DNA of 64,000 nt, taken from assembly GCA_963796275.1 (NCBI GenBank), contig CAWCKY010000004.1:640001-704000 (forward strand), given 5' to 3'. A program made the position numbers and the translations under genes. The stretch's first letter is position 1. Every line of letters begins with the position of its first letter. The notes under the pieces were generated by a model. It saw only the letters and a list, made by a program, of their open reading frames with translations. It was not told the DNA's origin and ran no database searches. Source of the stretch: an uncultured Acidobacteriota bacterium. Lineage in GTDB: Bacteria > Acidobacteriota > Blastocatellia > RBC074. Of the stretch, positions 42,773-53,112 are shown one piece after another.

Positions 42773-45334
42773 CTACTCATACCCAATTGCCTCGACTACC
42801 TTTAGGTTCACCGCTTTCCGCGCTGGCCACCACGCAGCCAGCAGTGCGATCGCTAGCACAATCGGCGATGCGATAAGGACGATCGGTACCGGGAATGCGA
42901 AGGGGATCGTGTATCCCCCGATCATCGCCGAGGCCGTTCGCGTCAAAAAGTAGGTGTTGAAGGCGCCCGCGATAGCCCCGGTCACTATCCCGATTACGGC
43001 GATCACCACGGCTTCGAGCAGGATCATCTTGCGCAACTGGCCGCGCAATCCGCCGATCGCGCGGATCACACCAAGCTCGCGTTTACGCTCGGCGGTCGAG
43101 ATGATTAGGGCGTTGACAATGCCTAACGCGGCAGTGAAGATCGCGACTAGCATCTGCATATGCATCATAGCGAAAAACTGGTCGAGCAATCTCAATATCC
43201 ACGCGCGCCATTCCTCCTGCGTGTAAATGAACGCGCGTTGACTCCCATTGAGTGCGCGCTGCAACTCGCTCTTGAACGTGAGGCGCTCGATGCCCGTCTC
43301 AAGGTTGATGTTGATGATGTCTATCGCCGCGTCGTTCCAATATCGCTTGTAGAGGTCGCGATCAAGAAAGATCGTGCCCTTCTCGGAGGAGTAATCTTCG
43401 ATGACGCCGACGATGGGGCGATCGAACGACTCGGTCGGGGTTTGTAATCTGATGCGGTCGCCCACCCACAGGCCGTAGCGTGTGGCGAAATTGTGCGCGA
43501 CCAACACGCCTTCACCTTTCGTTGTCTGCTCGCGGGCGGTCGCCATGTCGGCGCCCTGGATTTCGAGCCTCATACGCGCGAACCATCCGTCAAACTCCAG
43601 CGCGACGAGCGCAATCGAATCATCCGCGTATGGTAGAAAAGTGAAGCGGACGCTTTCGGTACGTTTAACGCCCGGCAACGCCGCTATCTTACGTGCCAAC
43701 GCTTCATCGAAATGCCAAGTCCTGGATCGCGCGCTTTCGGTCGTGGTCACCACCAGATCGGCGTTGACCGCACGTCTCAGCCATCGATCGAAGACCTCTC
43801 TCTCACTCTCTATGTAAGCAGCAGTGGCGAAGACTGACATCAACCCGATCATCAGCGCGCCGACCGTCGCCGAAGTCCGGCGCGGCGCCTGTATCATCGA
43901 ATCCACCGCCAGAGCGCCCTCCGCACCGAAGAGTCGATCCATCAAGGGCCGCAATGCTCGCGCCGTCAATTCCGACAGCTTCGGCAGCATGGCGACCATT
44001 CCGAGAACGATCAGAACCGCGTAGGAGAATTGAATATAGAGATCGGCGCGTATCGGCGCGAACCGGATCAAGGCCAGGCCTGTCAATACCATCGCCGCGC
44101 CAGCGACCAGCCGCGCCGGCCCGAGCACCGATTCGCGCTGCCTGGTTTCGATGTTGTGCAGCGCCAGCACCGGATTGAGTTGCGCAGCAGCTCGCGCCGG
44201 CATCCACGCGGCGATAATCGAGGCCACCACGCCAAGCGTGAACGACAACATTGCGAAATCCCAGCGAAAGACTGGCGCCTGCCGCGTCGAGACCAGCCCG
44301 TATAGCTGACTTGCGACCGAGCCCATTACCAATTCGACAACCACCGAGAGCCAGAAGCCGAGCGCTATCCCGAGAGCGCTTCCGATCAACCCCATCACCG
44401 CCGCTTCGCTCAGAAACATTCGGCGAACGTTCTTACGCTCGACTCCGATGGCGCGGAGCACGCCGATCTCCTTCCAGCGTTGATTGACCGAGATGCTGAA
44501 TGTGTTGAAGATGATGAACATCCCGACTAGCAGCGCTAGCAGGCTGGTCACGGTCATTCCGATGTTCATCCCCTTGACGGCACTCTCAAGCCCCTGCTCG
44601 CGCGAGGACGGGCGTTCGATTGCCAAACCGGCGGGCAATCGCTCACGCAACCGCTGCCGTAACTCTTCGACTGACACGTCAGGCTCGTTCATCACATCGA
44701 TTCGATCGAAGTTTTCACCGCGTCCGAAAACGAATTGCGCATTTAAGACGTCCATCACAGCAATCTGACCACCGAAGACCTCGCCCATCCCCGACGGCTT
44801 GAAGACTCCGCCGATGGTGAAATCCTTCCTGCCCTGTGAGGTAAACAGAGGCAATCGATCGCCTTCTTTCAATCCGTGTTTTTCGGCGAACGCGCGAGAG
44901 ATGAGAATCGAATCGGGCTGAGTAAGCGCAAGGAGAGGATTACTGATCTCGCTGCTTGAATCATCGAATTGATATTCGCGCAACTCGCCGTCGCCCAGCA
45001 TATTTATGCCGACGATCAGCAGATTGCTTCCGTCTCCCAACGCCGTGTGGGCGATGACCTCGATGGCCGGCTCGGCTATCTTTACGCCCGGCGTGTCCTT
45101 CACCTTCTCCCAGACGCTTGCGGGAAAGCCCGCTTCGCCACCCGATATTTGCAGCGTTGCCTTGCCAGCGATCTTTTCGATGGTGGTCGTCAGCGAATTG
45201 ATCAGCGTCACGTTGGCCGTGCGGACGGCGAAGAATACGGCCACGCCCAACGCGATGCCCAGGAGTGTCAAAAGAGTGCGGAGCGCGTGTTGTCGCCATT
45301 GTTTCCAGGTGATGTTCGCGAACGCTGAAATCAT
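42773..45334 (-). CDS. ABC transporter permease (FtsX/MacB-like, duplicated)
   Basis: LRTLLTLLGIALGVA, QRWKEIGVLRAIG, ERKRELGVIRAIG, multiple TM helices. Confidence 0.92.
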   Translation of the reverse strand: MISAFANITWKQWRQHALRTLLTLLGIALGVAVFFAVRTANVTLINSLTTTIEKIAGKATLQISGGEAGFPASVWEKVKDTPGVKIAEPAIEVIAHTALGDGSNLLIVGINMLGDGELREYQFDDSSSEISNPLLALTQPDSILISRAFAEKHGLKEGDRLPLFTSQGRKDFTIGGVFKPSGMGEVFGGQIAVMDVLNAQFVFGRGENFDRIDVMNEPDVSVEELRQRLRERLPAGLAIERPSSREQGLESAVKGMNIGMTVTSLLALLVGMFIIFNTFSISVNQRWKEIGVLRAIGVERKNVRRMFLSEAAVMGLIGSALGIALGFWLSVVVELVMGSVASQLYGLVSTRQAPVFRWDFAMLSFTLGVVASIIAAWMPARAAAQLNPVLALHNIETRQRESVLGPARLVAGAAMVLTGLALIRFAPIRADLYIQFSYAVLIVLGMVAMLPKLSELTARALRPLMDRLFGAEGALAVDSMIQAPRRTSATVGALMIGLMSVFATAAYIESEREVFDRWLRRAVNADLVVTTTESARSRTWHFDEALARKIAALPGVKRTESVRFTFLPYADDSIALVALEFDGWFARMRLEIQGADMATAREQTTKGEGVLVAHNFATRYGLWVGDRIRLQTPTESFDRPIVGVIEDYSSEKGTIFLDRDLYKRYWNDAAIDIININLETGIERLTFKSELQRALNGSQRAFIYTQEEWRAWILRLLDQFFAMMHMQMLVAIFTAALGIVNALIISTAERKRELGVIRAIGGLRGQLRKMILLEAVVIAVIGIVTGAIAGAFNTYFLTRTASAMIGGYTIPFAFPVPIVLIASPIVLAIALLAAWWPARKAVNLKVVEAIGYE

Positions 45335-46041
45335 TTGGCCGCCTCCGCTGAGAGGCTCGCGCGATCCTCATTTACTACCCGGCCGTCGCGCAATCGCAAG
45401 ACGCGGTCGCAATGCGCGGCGGCCTCTTCGTTATGCGTGACCATAAGGATCGTAGTATTAAATTCACCATGAAGATCGTCGAGCAACCCCAATATCTCCT
45501 CGCCGGTCTTCGAATCGAGGTTACCCGTAGGTTCGTCGGCCAGCAGGATCGGCGGTTGGAAGATCAATGCTCGCGCGATTGCGATTCGCTGCCGCTCACC
45601 GCCCGACAATTCATCGGGGCGATGCATGATGCGTCCGCCCAATCCGACTCTCTCGATCATTGCTTTGGCGCGCTGATCAGCTTCTCGACGCGACTGCCCC
45701 TGAAGTCTGAGAGGAAGCGAGATGTTTTCAAGTGCTGTCAGTGTTGGCAGCAGGTTGAACGTCTGAAAGACCATTCCGATCTTTTCGCGGCGCAATCTGG
45801 TCCGCGCATCGTCATCGAGCAAAGCGATATTCACCCCTTCAATATTGACCGCGCCAGACGTCAGATCGTCCAGACCGCAGATCAGATTGAGCAGCGTCGA
45901 TTTGCCCGACCCCGACGGCCCCATCACCGCGATGCGTTCGCCGCGATCAATCTTGAGGCTCACGTTGTCGAGAGCGCGCACGCCCTTGGCGTCGTCGTAA
46001 TAGCGAGAGACTTTTTCGAGTTGAATCATAACATCTATCAT
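45331..46041 (-). CDS. ABC transporter ATP-binding protein (LolD/MacB-like)
   Basis: GPSGSGKST, LSGGERQR, LADEPTGNLD, VTH. Confidence 0.95.
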   Translation of the reverse strand: MIDVMIQLEKVSRYYDDAKGVRALDNVSLKIDRGERIAVMGPSGSGKSTLLNLICGLDDLTSGAVNIEGVNIALLDDDARTRLRREKIGMVFQTFNLLPTLTALENISLPLRLQGQSRREADQRAKAMIERVGLGGRIMHRPDELSGGERQRIAIARALIFQPPILLADEPTGNLDSKTGEEILGLLDDLHGEFNTTILMVTHNEEAAAHCDRVLRLRDGRVVNEDRASLSAEAAK

Positions 46042-46578
46042 AAATTAAACACTGGCGCTTCCAAATGCCGATGGTTGGCTACTCTGACGTTGACCAGATT
46101 GATTCCTTATCTCTTTAGGAACTGGAGAACGACCGGCGCGGTTCGCTTCCCCAGATCGAATCAATAACCGGTACGTTGCACAAGTTCCGTCACATTTATC
46201 CCAATCGATTGCTTGAAAACGGTTGCGACACCGTCACACTGCAACATCGGCCATGGCATCTATTGGCACAAATTCGCTTAATACTCATTCTGTATAAATT
46301 CGCCCGTTTTCATAAATTCTCCCTGTCAATTTGATAAGCGCCATTGAATGGATTGAATCAATTGGTTTATAAAGCAAAAGTCATTCCGTGTGGAGTCTGC
46401 GAAATTAGAAAGCCCGTCGCGGGCGTTTTGAAGGCTCCAATTGGGAAACGCCTATTTATATCCCCTTCCCCCGAGGGTGGCGGCCCCTCTGGCAATCAAA
46501 TCATCGTTCGTAAGACATCGGCGCGGCTTTCTCGGTATGGCGCGGTGATGTTCACTGTCCTTAAGCAGAGGAGGAACC

Positions 46579-47613
46579 ATGGTTCAACAATTCCTGCGCG
46601 GGCGAATCAAGTCGAGTTATCGATGGCTGACCGCCGTCGCGCTCTTTTTGACTGTGAGCTTTCACTGTGCCGATGCGCGGACGCCGCGCGAACGCAGCTT
46701 TTCTTTCGAGTACGTAGCGGCCGTGAAGAATATCCCGGCGGGCGCCAAAGTGCTGGAGCTTTGGCTGCCTATCCCACACAACGACCCTTACCAGGCGATT
46801 GCAGACCTTCGTATCGAATCGTCACAACCTTACCGGATGCACTCGGCACAGTACGGCAATAAAATGCTGAATATCGAAGTGAAAGACCCTCAGCCGGCCG
46901 GCTTCACCGTCACCCTCAGCTTCAAGGCCACGCGCCGGGAGCACATCAACCCTCTCGTTGGTCAGAGCCATCCAACCGCTTCGCCGAATGAAGAGACTGA
47001 CCGCGACATGGCCAGGTGGCTTCAACCGGACCGTCTGGTGCCTCTCGATGACAAGATCAAAAATTGGGCGGTGGAAGTAGTCGAAGCAGCGCAGGCCAAG
47101 ACCGATTTGGAAAAGACTCGAGCCATCTATCAGCACATCGTTGCGACGGTGAAGTATGACAAGTCCGGGCAAGGTTGGGGACGCGGGGACATTTACTATG
47201 CCTGCGACGCCCGGCGAGGTAACTGCACCGATTTTCATGCGATCTTCATTGGTTATTGCCGAGCGTTGGGTATTCCGGCGCGCTTTGCCATCGGCTTTCC
47301 TTTGCCGTCGGAACGCGGGGCCGGCGAGATCAGCGGTTATCACTGCTGGGCGGAGTATTACGTGAAAGGCCTGGGATGGGTCCCCGTTGACGCTTCAGAA
47401 GCGGCGAAAGACCCCCAACGGCGAGACTATTTCTTCGGAGCGCACGACGAAAACCGCATTGAATTCACGCGCGGGCGCGACCTCACACTCACCCCCAAAC
47501 AGAAAGGCGACGCGCTCAATTATTTCATCTACCCGTACGCTGAGGTAGATGGGAAGCCCTTCTCCGGTGTCGATCGAATCTTCAAATATCGTGATCTGAG
47601 GCAGACACAATAA
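46579..47613 (+). CDS. Secreted transglutaminase-like domain protein
   Basis: GNCTDFH...RALGIPARF, GYHCWAEYY...GWVPVD Cys-His-Asp triad; AGGAGG RBS. Confidence 0.9.
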   Translation: MVQQFLRGRIKSSYRWLTAVALFLTVSFHCADARTPRERSFSFEYVAAVKNIPAGAKVLELWLPIPHNDPYQAIADLRIESSQPYRMHSAQYGNKMLNIEVKDPQPAGFTVTLSFKATRREHINPLVGQSHPTASPNEETDRDMARWLQPDRLVPLDDKIKNWAVEVVEAAQAKTDLEKTRAIYQHIVATVKYDKSGQGWGRGDIYYACDARRGNCTDFHAIFIGYCRALGIPARFAIGFPLPSERGAGEISGYHCWAEYYVKGLGWVPVDASEAAKDPQRRDYFFGAHDENRIEFTRGRDLTLTPKQKGDALNYFIYPYAEVDGKPFSGVDRIFKYRDLRQTQ

Positions 47614-47673
47614 GCTCGCTCTGTTTACTCAGTGCCGACATATGTCTCCTCCTCAGATTTGGCTATCCTGTGA

Positions 47674-48372
47674 TTATGGTTTTGCGACGGACTCTAACGC
47701 TTTAGCTAGTAGCTCCGTCTTGAAACCAAATGGACCGGCCTCACTTTTGAAAGCTATCTGCCCGCGACTGTCTATAAGGTAAAGCCTATCCGGCCAGGCG
47801 GTGTAAGCGACCTCCGTCTTATTATCTATAGTGTCGACTAACGCCGGAAATTCTATGCCCAGTTTGGTTGAGCATGTGTCAGCTAAATTCAAGCGCTCAT
47901 CATAGTCCTTCGGATAGTCATACACTACCTTCTCCTTCTCGTTCACTTCCATTTGCCACCCATCGCCGGCATGCGCTTCTTGAATGTACACCAGATAGAA
48001 TTCCACCTGATTTCTATACTGCTGATAGAGTTGGTTGAGAGCGGGAACCTCCCGCCGAAATGGCGGTCAAGTATAGCTACCAAAAACTAATACGACCGGC
48101 TTTTTACCCCTGAAGGCAGAAAGCTGTACTCTTGATTGCCGGTCAAATGTTTCCAAAGAGAAATCGGGAGCGATGTCCCCAGCCTGCAGACTGCCTTTTC
48201 TGGCCGATAACCACATCTTCCTGAAAGGGAAGATCGGGAAAACGACGTTGGATGTTTTAGACATGATCCCGCTAAAAACTTCCGGGCTCTGGCACATCGC
48301 AATGTAGAATCCAACGAACAAGAGCGGATATAACAGCAACAAGGGGAAGGTAATTTTCAATACTCGTCGCAT
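47674..48372 (-). CDS. Iodothyronine deiodinase-like / thioredoxin-fold selenoprotein (UGA=Sec at 48067-48069), 232 aa
   Basis: ORFs 48067-48372 and 47674-48006 are in frame: APDFSL...KPVVLVFGSYT-UGA-PPFRREVPALNQLYQQYRNQVEFYLVYIQEAH.DGW...AWPDRLY...GPFGF. Confidence 0.9.
48040..48066 (-). promoter_or_regulatory. Putative bacterial SECIS element
   Basis: 11 nt after UGA there is a GCGGGA-GGU-UCCCGC stem-loop with a G-containing apical loop. Confidence 0.75.
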
Positions 48373-48522
48373 ATACTCCTCCCAATTGATTAATAACCGA
48401 CCAGCGGACGCGAGCGATACCGCTCCATCAAGCCGCGCAGCTTCTCATCAGCTTCTTCCTATTAACTCATCCCTGCCGCTACGCGGCAATTCGGCATGGG
48501 CGTTAAACGACCAGACTGAATG

Positions 48523-49809
48523 TCAATAGTTCTTTAGCTGGCGGAGTCCCTCGTAACTCTTGCCATACGTCTCCTGGTAAGTCTTGATCGCTTCGTCTTC
48601 GGAAGGCAGGCGCAGCCCGTCGGTGAAGCGGTTCATATACGCGAAATTGCCGCATTGCAGCAACACTTCCAATGCGCCCTGTTCTTTGAATTCGGCGACC
48701 AGCGCCGCGTAATCGCTCTTCGTCAGTTTCGCCGGCTCGCGCGTGATCTTACGAGCGAAGGTAACCGCCGTCAGTTCGCGCCGAGTCAGCGCTGAATCGT
48801 CTTTCGCCATCGCCATCAGCTTCGACGGATCAACGCCGAGCCGTCGCAGCCCCAAGACCTGATGCAGTGTGCAGTAGCGGCAGCCGTTCGCCATTGAAAT
48901 GGCGAACGAGACGTGCAACTTGATTTCGCGGCTGACGCTCTCGTATTTACGCGTCGTCGTCGTGTAGGCCCGCCACAGGCGACTGATCCCGGGCACCAGT
49001 AAAAACGCGCGCTGCGAATTGGCGATGCCGATATTCCAGTTGTTGGTTGGTGTTTTCGCCCCATTCAATGTCTCGGTAACTGCATTCATTTGATCGTCGG
49101 AGACAAGCGCCACGCGCGCGGGCAGCGGTTCAAATTTTGCCGGAGCGACCTGCGCGACGGGTTCCTTCAAGGCCCATTTCTCGACGGGCAGGTTTGCGCC
49201 TTCACAGAAGCGGAGGAAGTAGTTGAAGAAACAGGTCGTCATCGTCAGTTCGACGATCTGCGAATCGTTGAAGAGAGAGCGCGTCTTTTGAAACTCCGCC
49301 TCGTTGACGCCATGAATGTCGCGGGTCAGCAATTCGGCGTAACTCACTGCCGCCCGTTCGCTCGCGGACATTGCCGCGAAGTCGTTCGCCTGCATCTGCG
49401 CGAGCAGCTTCTGCCCTTTCTCCGAGGCGCGCAGCAATCGCTGCAGATGAATAGCCGGATACGCGCTGCCATAGACCTGTGCGATGCGCAGTCCCATTGC
49501 CATTTTGGCCTCAGGGGCAATTGTGCCGCCGTAAAGATAGGCCTCGAATGCCGCGGCGAAAGGTTTCGCAGCGGCGGGAAGTAATGCCAGAGCCCGAACG
49601 TAATTCGGAATCCTGCCCGCCTCCAATACATCCGCGCCGTTGCAGATGTCGGAGTTTTCATCAGCCAGCGGGACGTTTGGTTGCGCGTTGAGCTTCTGTT
49701 TGGCAGTCTCATTGAGCGCCTCCAGAGAGGTCAGTGAATCTTTCTCCTTCGCGAATGAGGTTGCAAACGATGCAGCGATGATAAGCAATGAGGTGATTAA
49801 GAGTTTCAT
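48523..49809 (-). CDS. Secreted tandem AhpD/carboxymuconolactone-decarboxylase-like protein
   Basis: Signal peptide; two CMD-like halves; second has SMANGCRYCTLH, first has degenerate AQVYGSAYPAIH. Confidence 0.8.
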   Translation of the reverse strand: MKLLITSLLIIAASFATSFAKEKDSLTSLEALNETAKQKLNAQPNVPLADENSDICNGADVLEAGRIPNYVRALALLPAAAKPFAAAFEAYLYGGTIAPEAKMAMGLRIAQVYGSAYPAIHLQRLLRASEKGQKLLAQMQANDFAAMSASERAAVSYAELLTRDIHGVNEAEFQKTRSLFNDSQIVELTMTTCFFNYFLRFCEGANLPVEKWALKEPVAQVAPAKFEPLPARVALVSDDQMNAVTETLNGAKTPTNNWNIGIANSQRAFLLVPGISRLWRAYTTTTRKYESVSREIKLHVSFAISMANGCRYCTLHQVLGLRRLGVDPSKLMAMAKDDSALTRRELTAVTFARKITREPAKLTKSDYAALVAEFKEQGALEVLLQCGNFAYMNRFTDGLRLPSEDEAIKTYQETYGKSYEGLRQLKNY

Positions 49810-49875
49810 AAATCTCCAGGGATGGTTATCTACGGCAGCCTCCCCAGACTGCCATACAGGTAATTGAACCCCGCT

Positions 49876-52800
49876 TCAAAAAATAAACCGTGCGCCAATT
49901 TGCAGCGTGCGCGCTTCGAACGCCTGCGTCGACTTGCCGAAATTGCCCAATGAGAGATCAGCGTTCGGCAGGTAGAGATTCACGTTGTTGAACGCATTGA
50001 ACGCCTCAAAACGAAGCTGGATTTGCTTGCCTTCCAGCACCGTAAAGCTGCGCGCGAGCGACAGATCCACGGTTGAATAGTTCGGCCCGCGGAACGTGTT
50101 TCGGCCGAGCGTGCCGGACTGCCCGGGCGCCGGAGCCGGAAAAGCCCCGGCGGGAAATAGCCCGTCGAGAAAGTCTTTCTTCTCGGGCGACGTCTTGATT
50201 GCGCCAGACGCCGATGCGTTCGGGCGGTCATAAAAACCGCCGCCGACCGCGCCGCCGCCGCCATCGCGGTTGTAATCGCCGCCTGCGGTCGAAGCCGCTC
50301 CGTTCCAGACCGAAAACGGTCGACCCGATTGCATCGTGAAGATTGTCGCCAGCTGCCAGCCGTTGACCGCATAAGATATCCATTTGTTTCCGGTCGTCCA
50401 TGACGGCAGCCATAACAATTGCCCCGAGAAGCGATGTGGGATGTCGAAAAGCGAAGGCCCCCGCTCGCAACCCAAACAATCTATATCGACCGCGCCTTTG
50501 CCGGGCTCGGAGTTGTCGGCGAATTGTCCCGTCGAAGTATCGGACGATGTGTCCAACCATTTCGACCGGCGGTAATTCGCCTGCAGCGAAAACCGCTGCG
50601 AGAGATTACGGCGCACTTCCAGGGTCATCGCGTGATAGATCGAATTCACGCCGTTCGTCACAAACAGCAATGTGCTGAAGTTCGGATTGATGCGGTCTTC
50701 CTTGCCGTCGAGCAGATCGCCCGCAAAACGATTGACATCATCGATGCGCTCCAGGTTGACGCCTCTCGTCCCGGTGTATCCGGCTTCGACGACCAGACCA
50801 TCCAATACCTCGCGTTGCAGGTTTACAAACCAGCTCTCGCTGTATTGCGTTTTGATCGTCGGGTTGACGACGAAACCCGTGGGGCGAATAGCGTTCTGCC
50901 CCGGAGGCGTATTGACGCCTCCCTGCGCGTTCAGGCCGCGCCCGAAGTCCGGATTGTACGGCACCGGAATGCCATACAGGATCGTCGTGCCGATCTTATT
51001 GGAAGGCTGCACGACCCCCTGCAACGCATCGGGCGGGAGGGCCCGCGCGCCGGAGATCGATTGGCCGTGATGCGGTTGATACGCGAGGCTGAAGCCCGCG
51101 CGAATCGCCGATTTGCCATCGCCGAAAGGGTCGTAAGCGAGACCGATGCGCGGAGAGAAATTCGTCTTTTCAGGTGTGTAGAGCCGGTCAACGCGAGTCA
51201 GGCTGGCGTTGGCCAATCGTTCGCGGAAGCTGTCGCCCGGGCCGTAGACGATGGAAGACAACCTGCCTTCGCGTTCGCTCGCGTCGCCGAAGTAATCGTG
51301 GCGCAGGCCCAGATTCAGATTGAGTTTTGACGTGACCTTCCAATCGTCCTGAAAGAAAAAGGCGGTCTCGACCTGGGTGAAGTAACGCGGAAAGTTCGTC
51401 CGCTCGCCGGTGTTCGGGTTGACCGTCAGGGTTTGACGAAAGGGCTGATCGGCGATGAAGCTGGCGATGCTCGTGAAGGTATATGTTCCCGCGTCCGGAT
51501 CCGCGATGGATAGCCCTTTGAACAGACGGCGAAATTCTCCGCCTACGCGCAGCACGTGCCGCCCTCGATCCAGCGTCATCACGTCGCGCAATTCGTAGGT
51601 GCGAATCTTCGTCGCCGAGTTGAAGAAATCTCCCCAGCCGGCCGTGAAGCCCGTCGCCGTAATCTGCGGAACGACGGCATCGTCATTGCCGCGATTGGTG
51701 TAGATGGTTTGAAACGCGAATCGCGCGTCGTTGACGGCGCGCGTGAAGACTTTGGTATAGCCCAGATTGGTGTTCGAAAACCTCCCCTCAAATCCGCCTT
51801 TCATTCCACGCATCACGCGGCCCAGCCCTGACTGGTTGACGCTGCCGCTGGTCGCGCCGCTGTCGTCGGCCTGATCTTCAAAAATATAGCGCCCGTAAAT
51901 TTTGTCTTTGCCCTCGTTGAACGAATGATCCACACGCCCCAAAAACTGGCTGTAGCGAACGTAATCACTGATCGTCGTGAAGAGCGTTCCGTTCGTCGGG
52001 ATGAGTTGTCCGTTACCGATATTCAGGCAGTCGTTGTTGGCGACCGCGCAAGCGCCGACTCGCTGCGGCGCGGGCGCGCTATATTGGGTCAGCAGTCGAT
52101 TGGCTATGCTGTTCGGAGCGGTACGACTGACATATTCGCGCAGTTGCGGAGTTTCGACCTGAAAGGACGCCGGGCGACCCGCGGCGTTGCGCGTGCCTTC
52201 ATAACTGCCGAAGAAAAAGGTCTTATCCTTGAGGATCGGCCCGCCCATATTGCCGCCGAACTGATTGAAAACCAGCGGAGGAGTGCCCGTCGCAAAAAAG
52301 TTGCGCGCGTTGAGTGCCGCATTGCGATGGAATTCCCACAGGCGACCATGGAATTGATTCGTCCCGGATTTCGTTCGCAGGTTGATGACGGCCCCGTTGC
52401 CGCGCCCAAACTCGCTGGAAAAATTGTTGGTCTGGATCTGCGCTTCCTCTATCGCCTCGATACTCGGCACGATCGCAGGTTCGCCGGAATTGTTCGAGTT
52501 AGAGTTCATCGCTCCGTCCAGCACGTAGTTATTGCCGCGATAGCGATTGCCGTTGACCGTCACAACCGGCGAATTGGTGAGCTTCGTCGAGTTCGCCGCG
52601 CCGGGAATAAACGTTGCGCCGGAGCTGAGTTTCGGGAGCGCGTATACGTCGCGCTGCGGAATCGGCAACTCGGAGACTTTCTTCTGATCCAGCGTATCCG
52701 CGACGCGCCCTTCCGTGGCGATCTGTAACTGCGTTGTCCCCGCCTCGATGTTGATGACCTCTTCCACATCTCCGACGCTCAATTGAATCTTTAACTCCGC

Positions 52801-53112
52801 CATCTGCCCGACGTTGAGCTTGAGATTCTTGTGCGAGAAGGCTTTGAAGCCGTTCGTTTTCAACGATACGGCGTAGCTGCCGGATGGCAATCCTGCAATT
52901 GTGGCCTGGCCGTTGTTGTCCGTGACAGCCGTTCGCTTAATGCCGGTCTCTTCGTTTGTGACCTCAACCGAAGCCCCGGTGACGGAATTGCCCTGTATAT
53001 CAGCCACACTCAATTTGAGTGTCGCATCTGTGACCTGGGCGATAGTTGCGGGCGAGAGCAGAGCCAAAAGCAATGCAAAGAGAAAAATATGACTTGGGGG
53101 AAGCAGTTTCAT
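49876..53112 (-). CDS. Oar-like TonB-dependent receptor
   Basis: Signal peptide, carboxypeptidase-regulatory domain, TNNFSSEFGR, FFQDDWK...LNLGLRHD, QLRFEAFNAFN...QIGARFIF. Confidence 0.93.
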   Translation of the reverse strand: MKLLPPSHIFLFALLLALLSPATIAQVTDATLKLSVADIQGNSVTGASVEVTNEETGIKRTAVTDNNGQATIAGLPSGSYAVSLKTNGFKAFSHKNLKLNVGQMAELKIQLSVGDVEEVINIEAGTTQLQIATEGRVADTLDQKKVSELPIPQRDVYALPKLSSGATFIPGAANSTKLTNSPVVTVNGNRYRGNNYVLDGAMNSNSNNSGEPAIVPSIEAIEEAQIQTNNFSSEFGRGNGAVINLRTKSGTNQFHGRLWEFHRNAALNARNFFATGTPPLVFNQFGGNMGGPILKDKTFFFGSYEGTRNAAGRPASFQVETPQLREYVSRTAPNSIANRLLTQYSAPAPQRVGACAVANNDCLNIGNGQLIPTNGTLFTTISDYVRYSQFLGRVDHSFNEGKDKIYGRYIFEDQADDSGATSGSVNQSGLGRVMRGMKGGFEGRFSNTNLGYTKVFTRAVNDARFAFQTIYTNRGNDDAVVPQITATGFTAGWGDFFNSATKIRTYELRDVMTLDRGRHVLRVGGEFRRLFKGLSIADPDAGTYTFTSIASFIADQPFRQTLTVNPNTGERTNFPRYFTQVETAFFFQDDWKVTSKLNLNLGLRHDYFGDASEREGRLSSIVYGPGDSFRERLANASLTRVDRLYTPEKTNFSPRIGLAYDPFGDGKSAIRAGFSLAYQPHHGQSISGARALPPDALQGVVQPSNKIGTTILYGIPVPYNPDFGRGLNAQGGVNTPPGQNAIRPTGFVVNPTIKTQYSESWFVNLQREVLDGLVVEAGYTGTRGVNLERIDDVNRFAGDLLDGKEDRINPNFSTLLFVTNGVNSIYHAMTLEVRRNLSQRFSLQANYRRSKWLDTSSDTSTGQFADNSEPGKGAVDIDCLGCERGPSLFDIPHRFSGQLLWLPSWTTGNKWISYAVNGWQLATIFTMQSGRPFSVWNGAASTAGGDYNRDGGGGAVGGGFYDRPNASASGAIKTSPEKKDFLDGLFPAGAFPAPAPGQSGTLGRNTFRGPNYSTVDLSLARSFTVLEGKQIQLRFEAFNAFNNVNLYLPNADLSLGNFGKSTQAFEARTLQIGARFIF

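Noticed and set aside
46263-46280. Sigma-54-like TGGCAC...GC motif
   Set aside because: GG-to-GC spacing is one base short of the -24/-12 requirement.
48067-48069. Nonsense mutation or two separate genes
   Set aside because: The UGA falls exactly at the deiodinase active-site position, the frame continues, and a SECIS-like hairpin follows.
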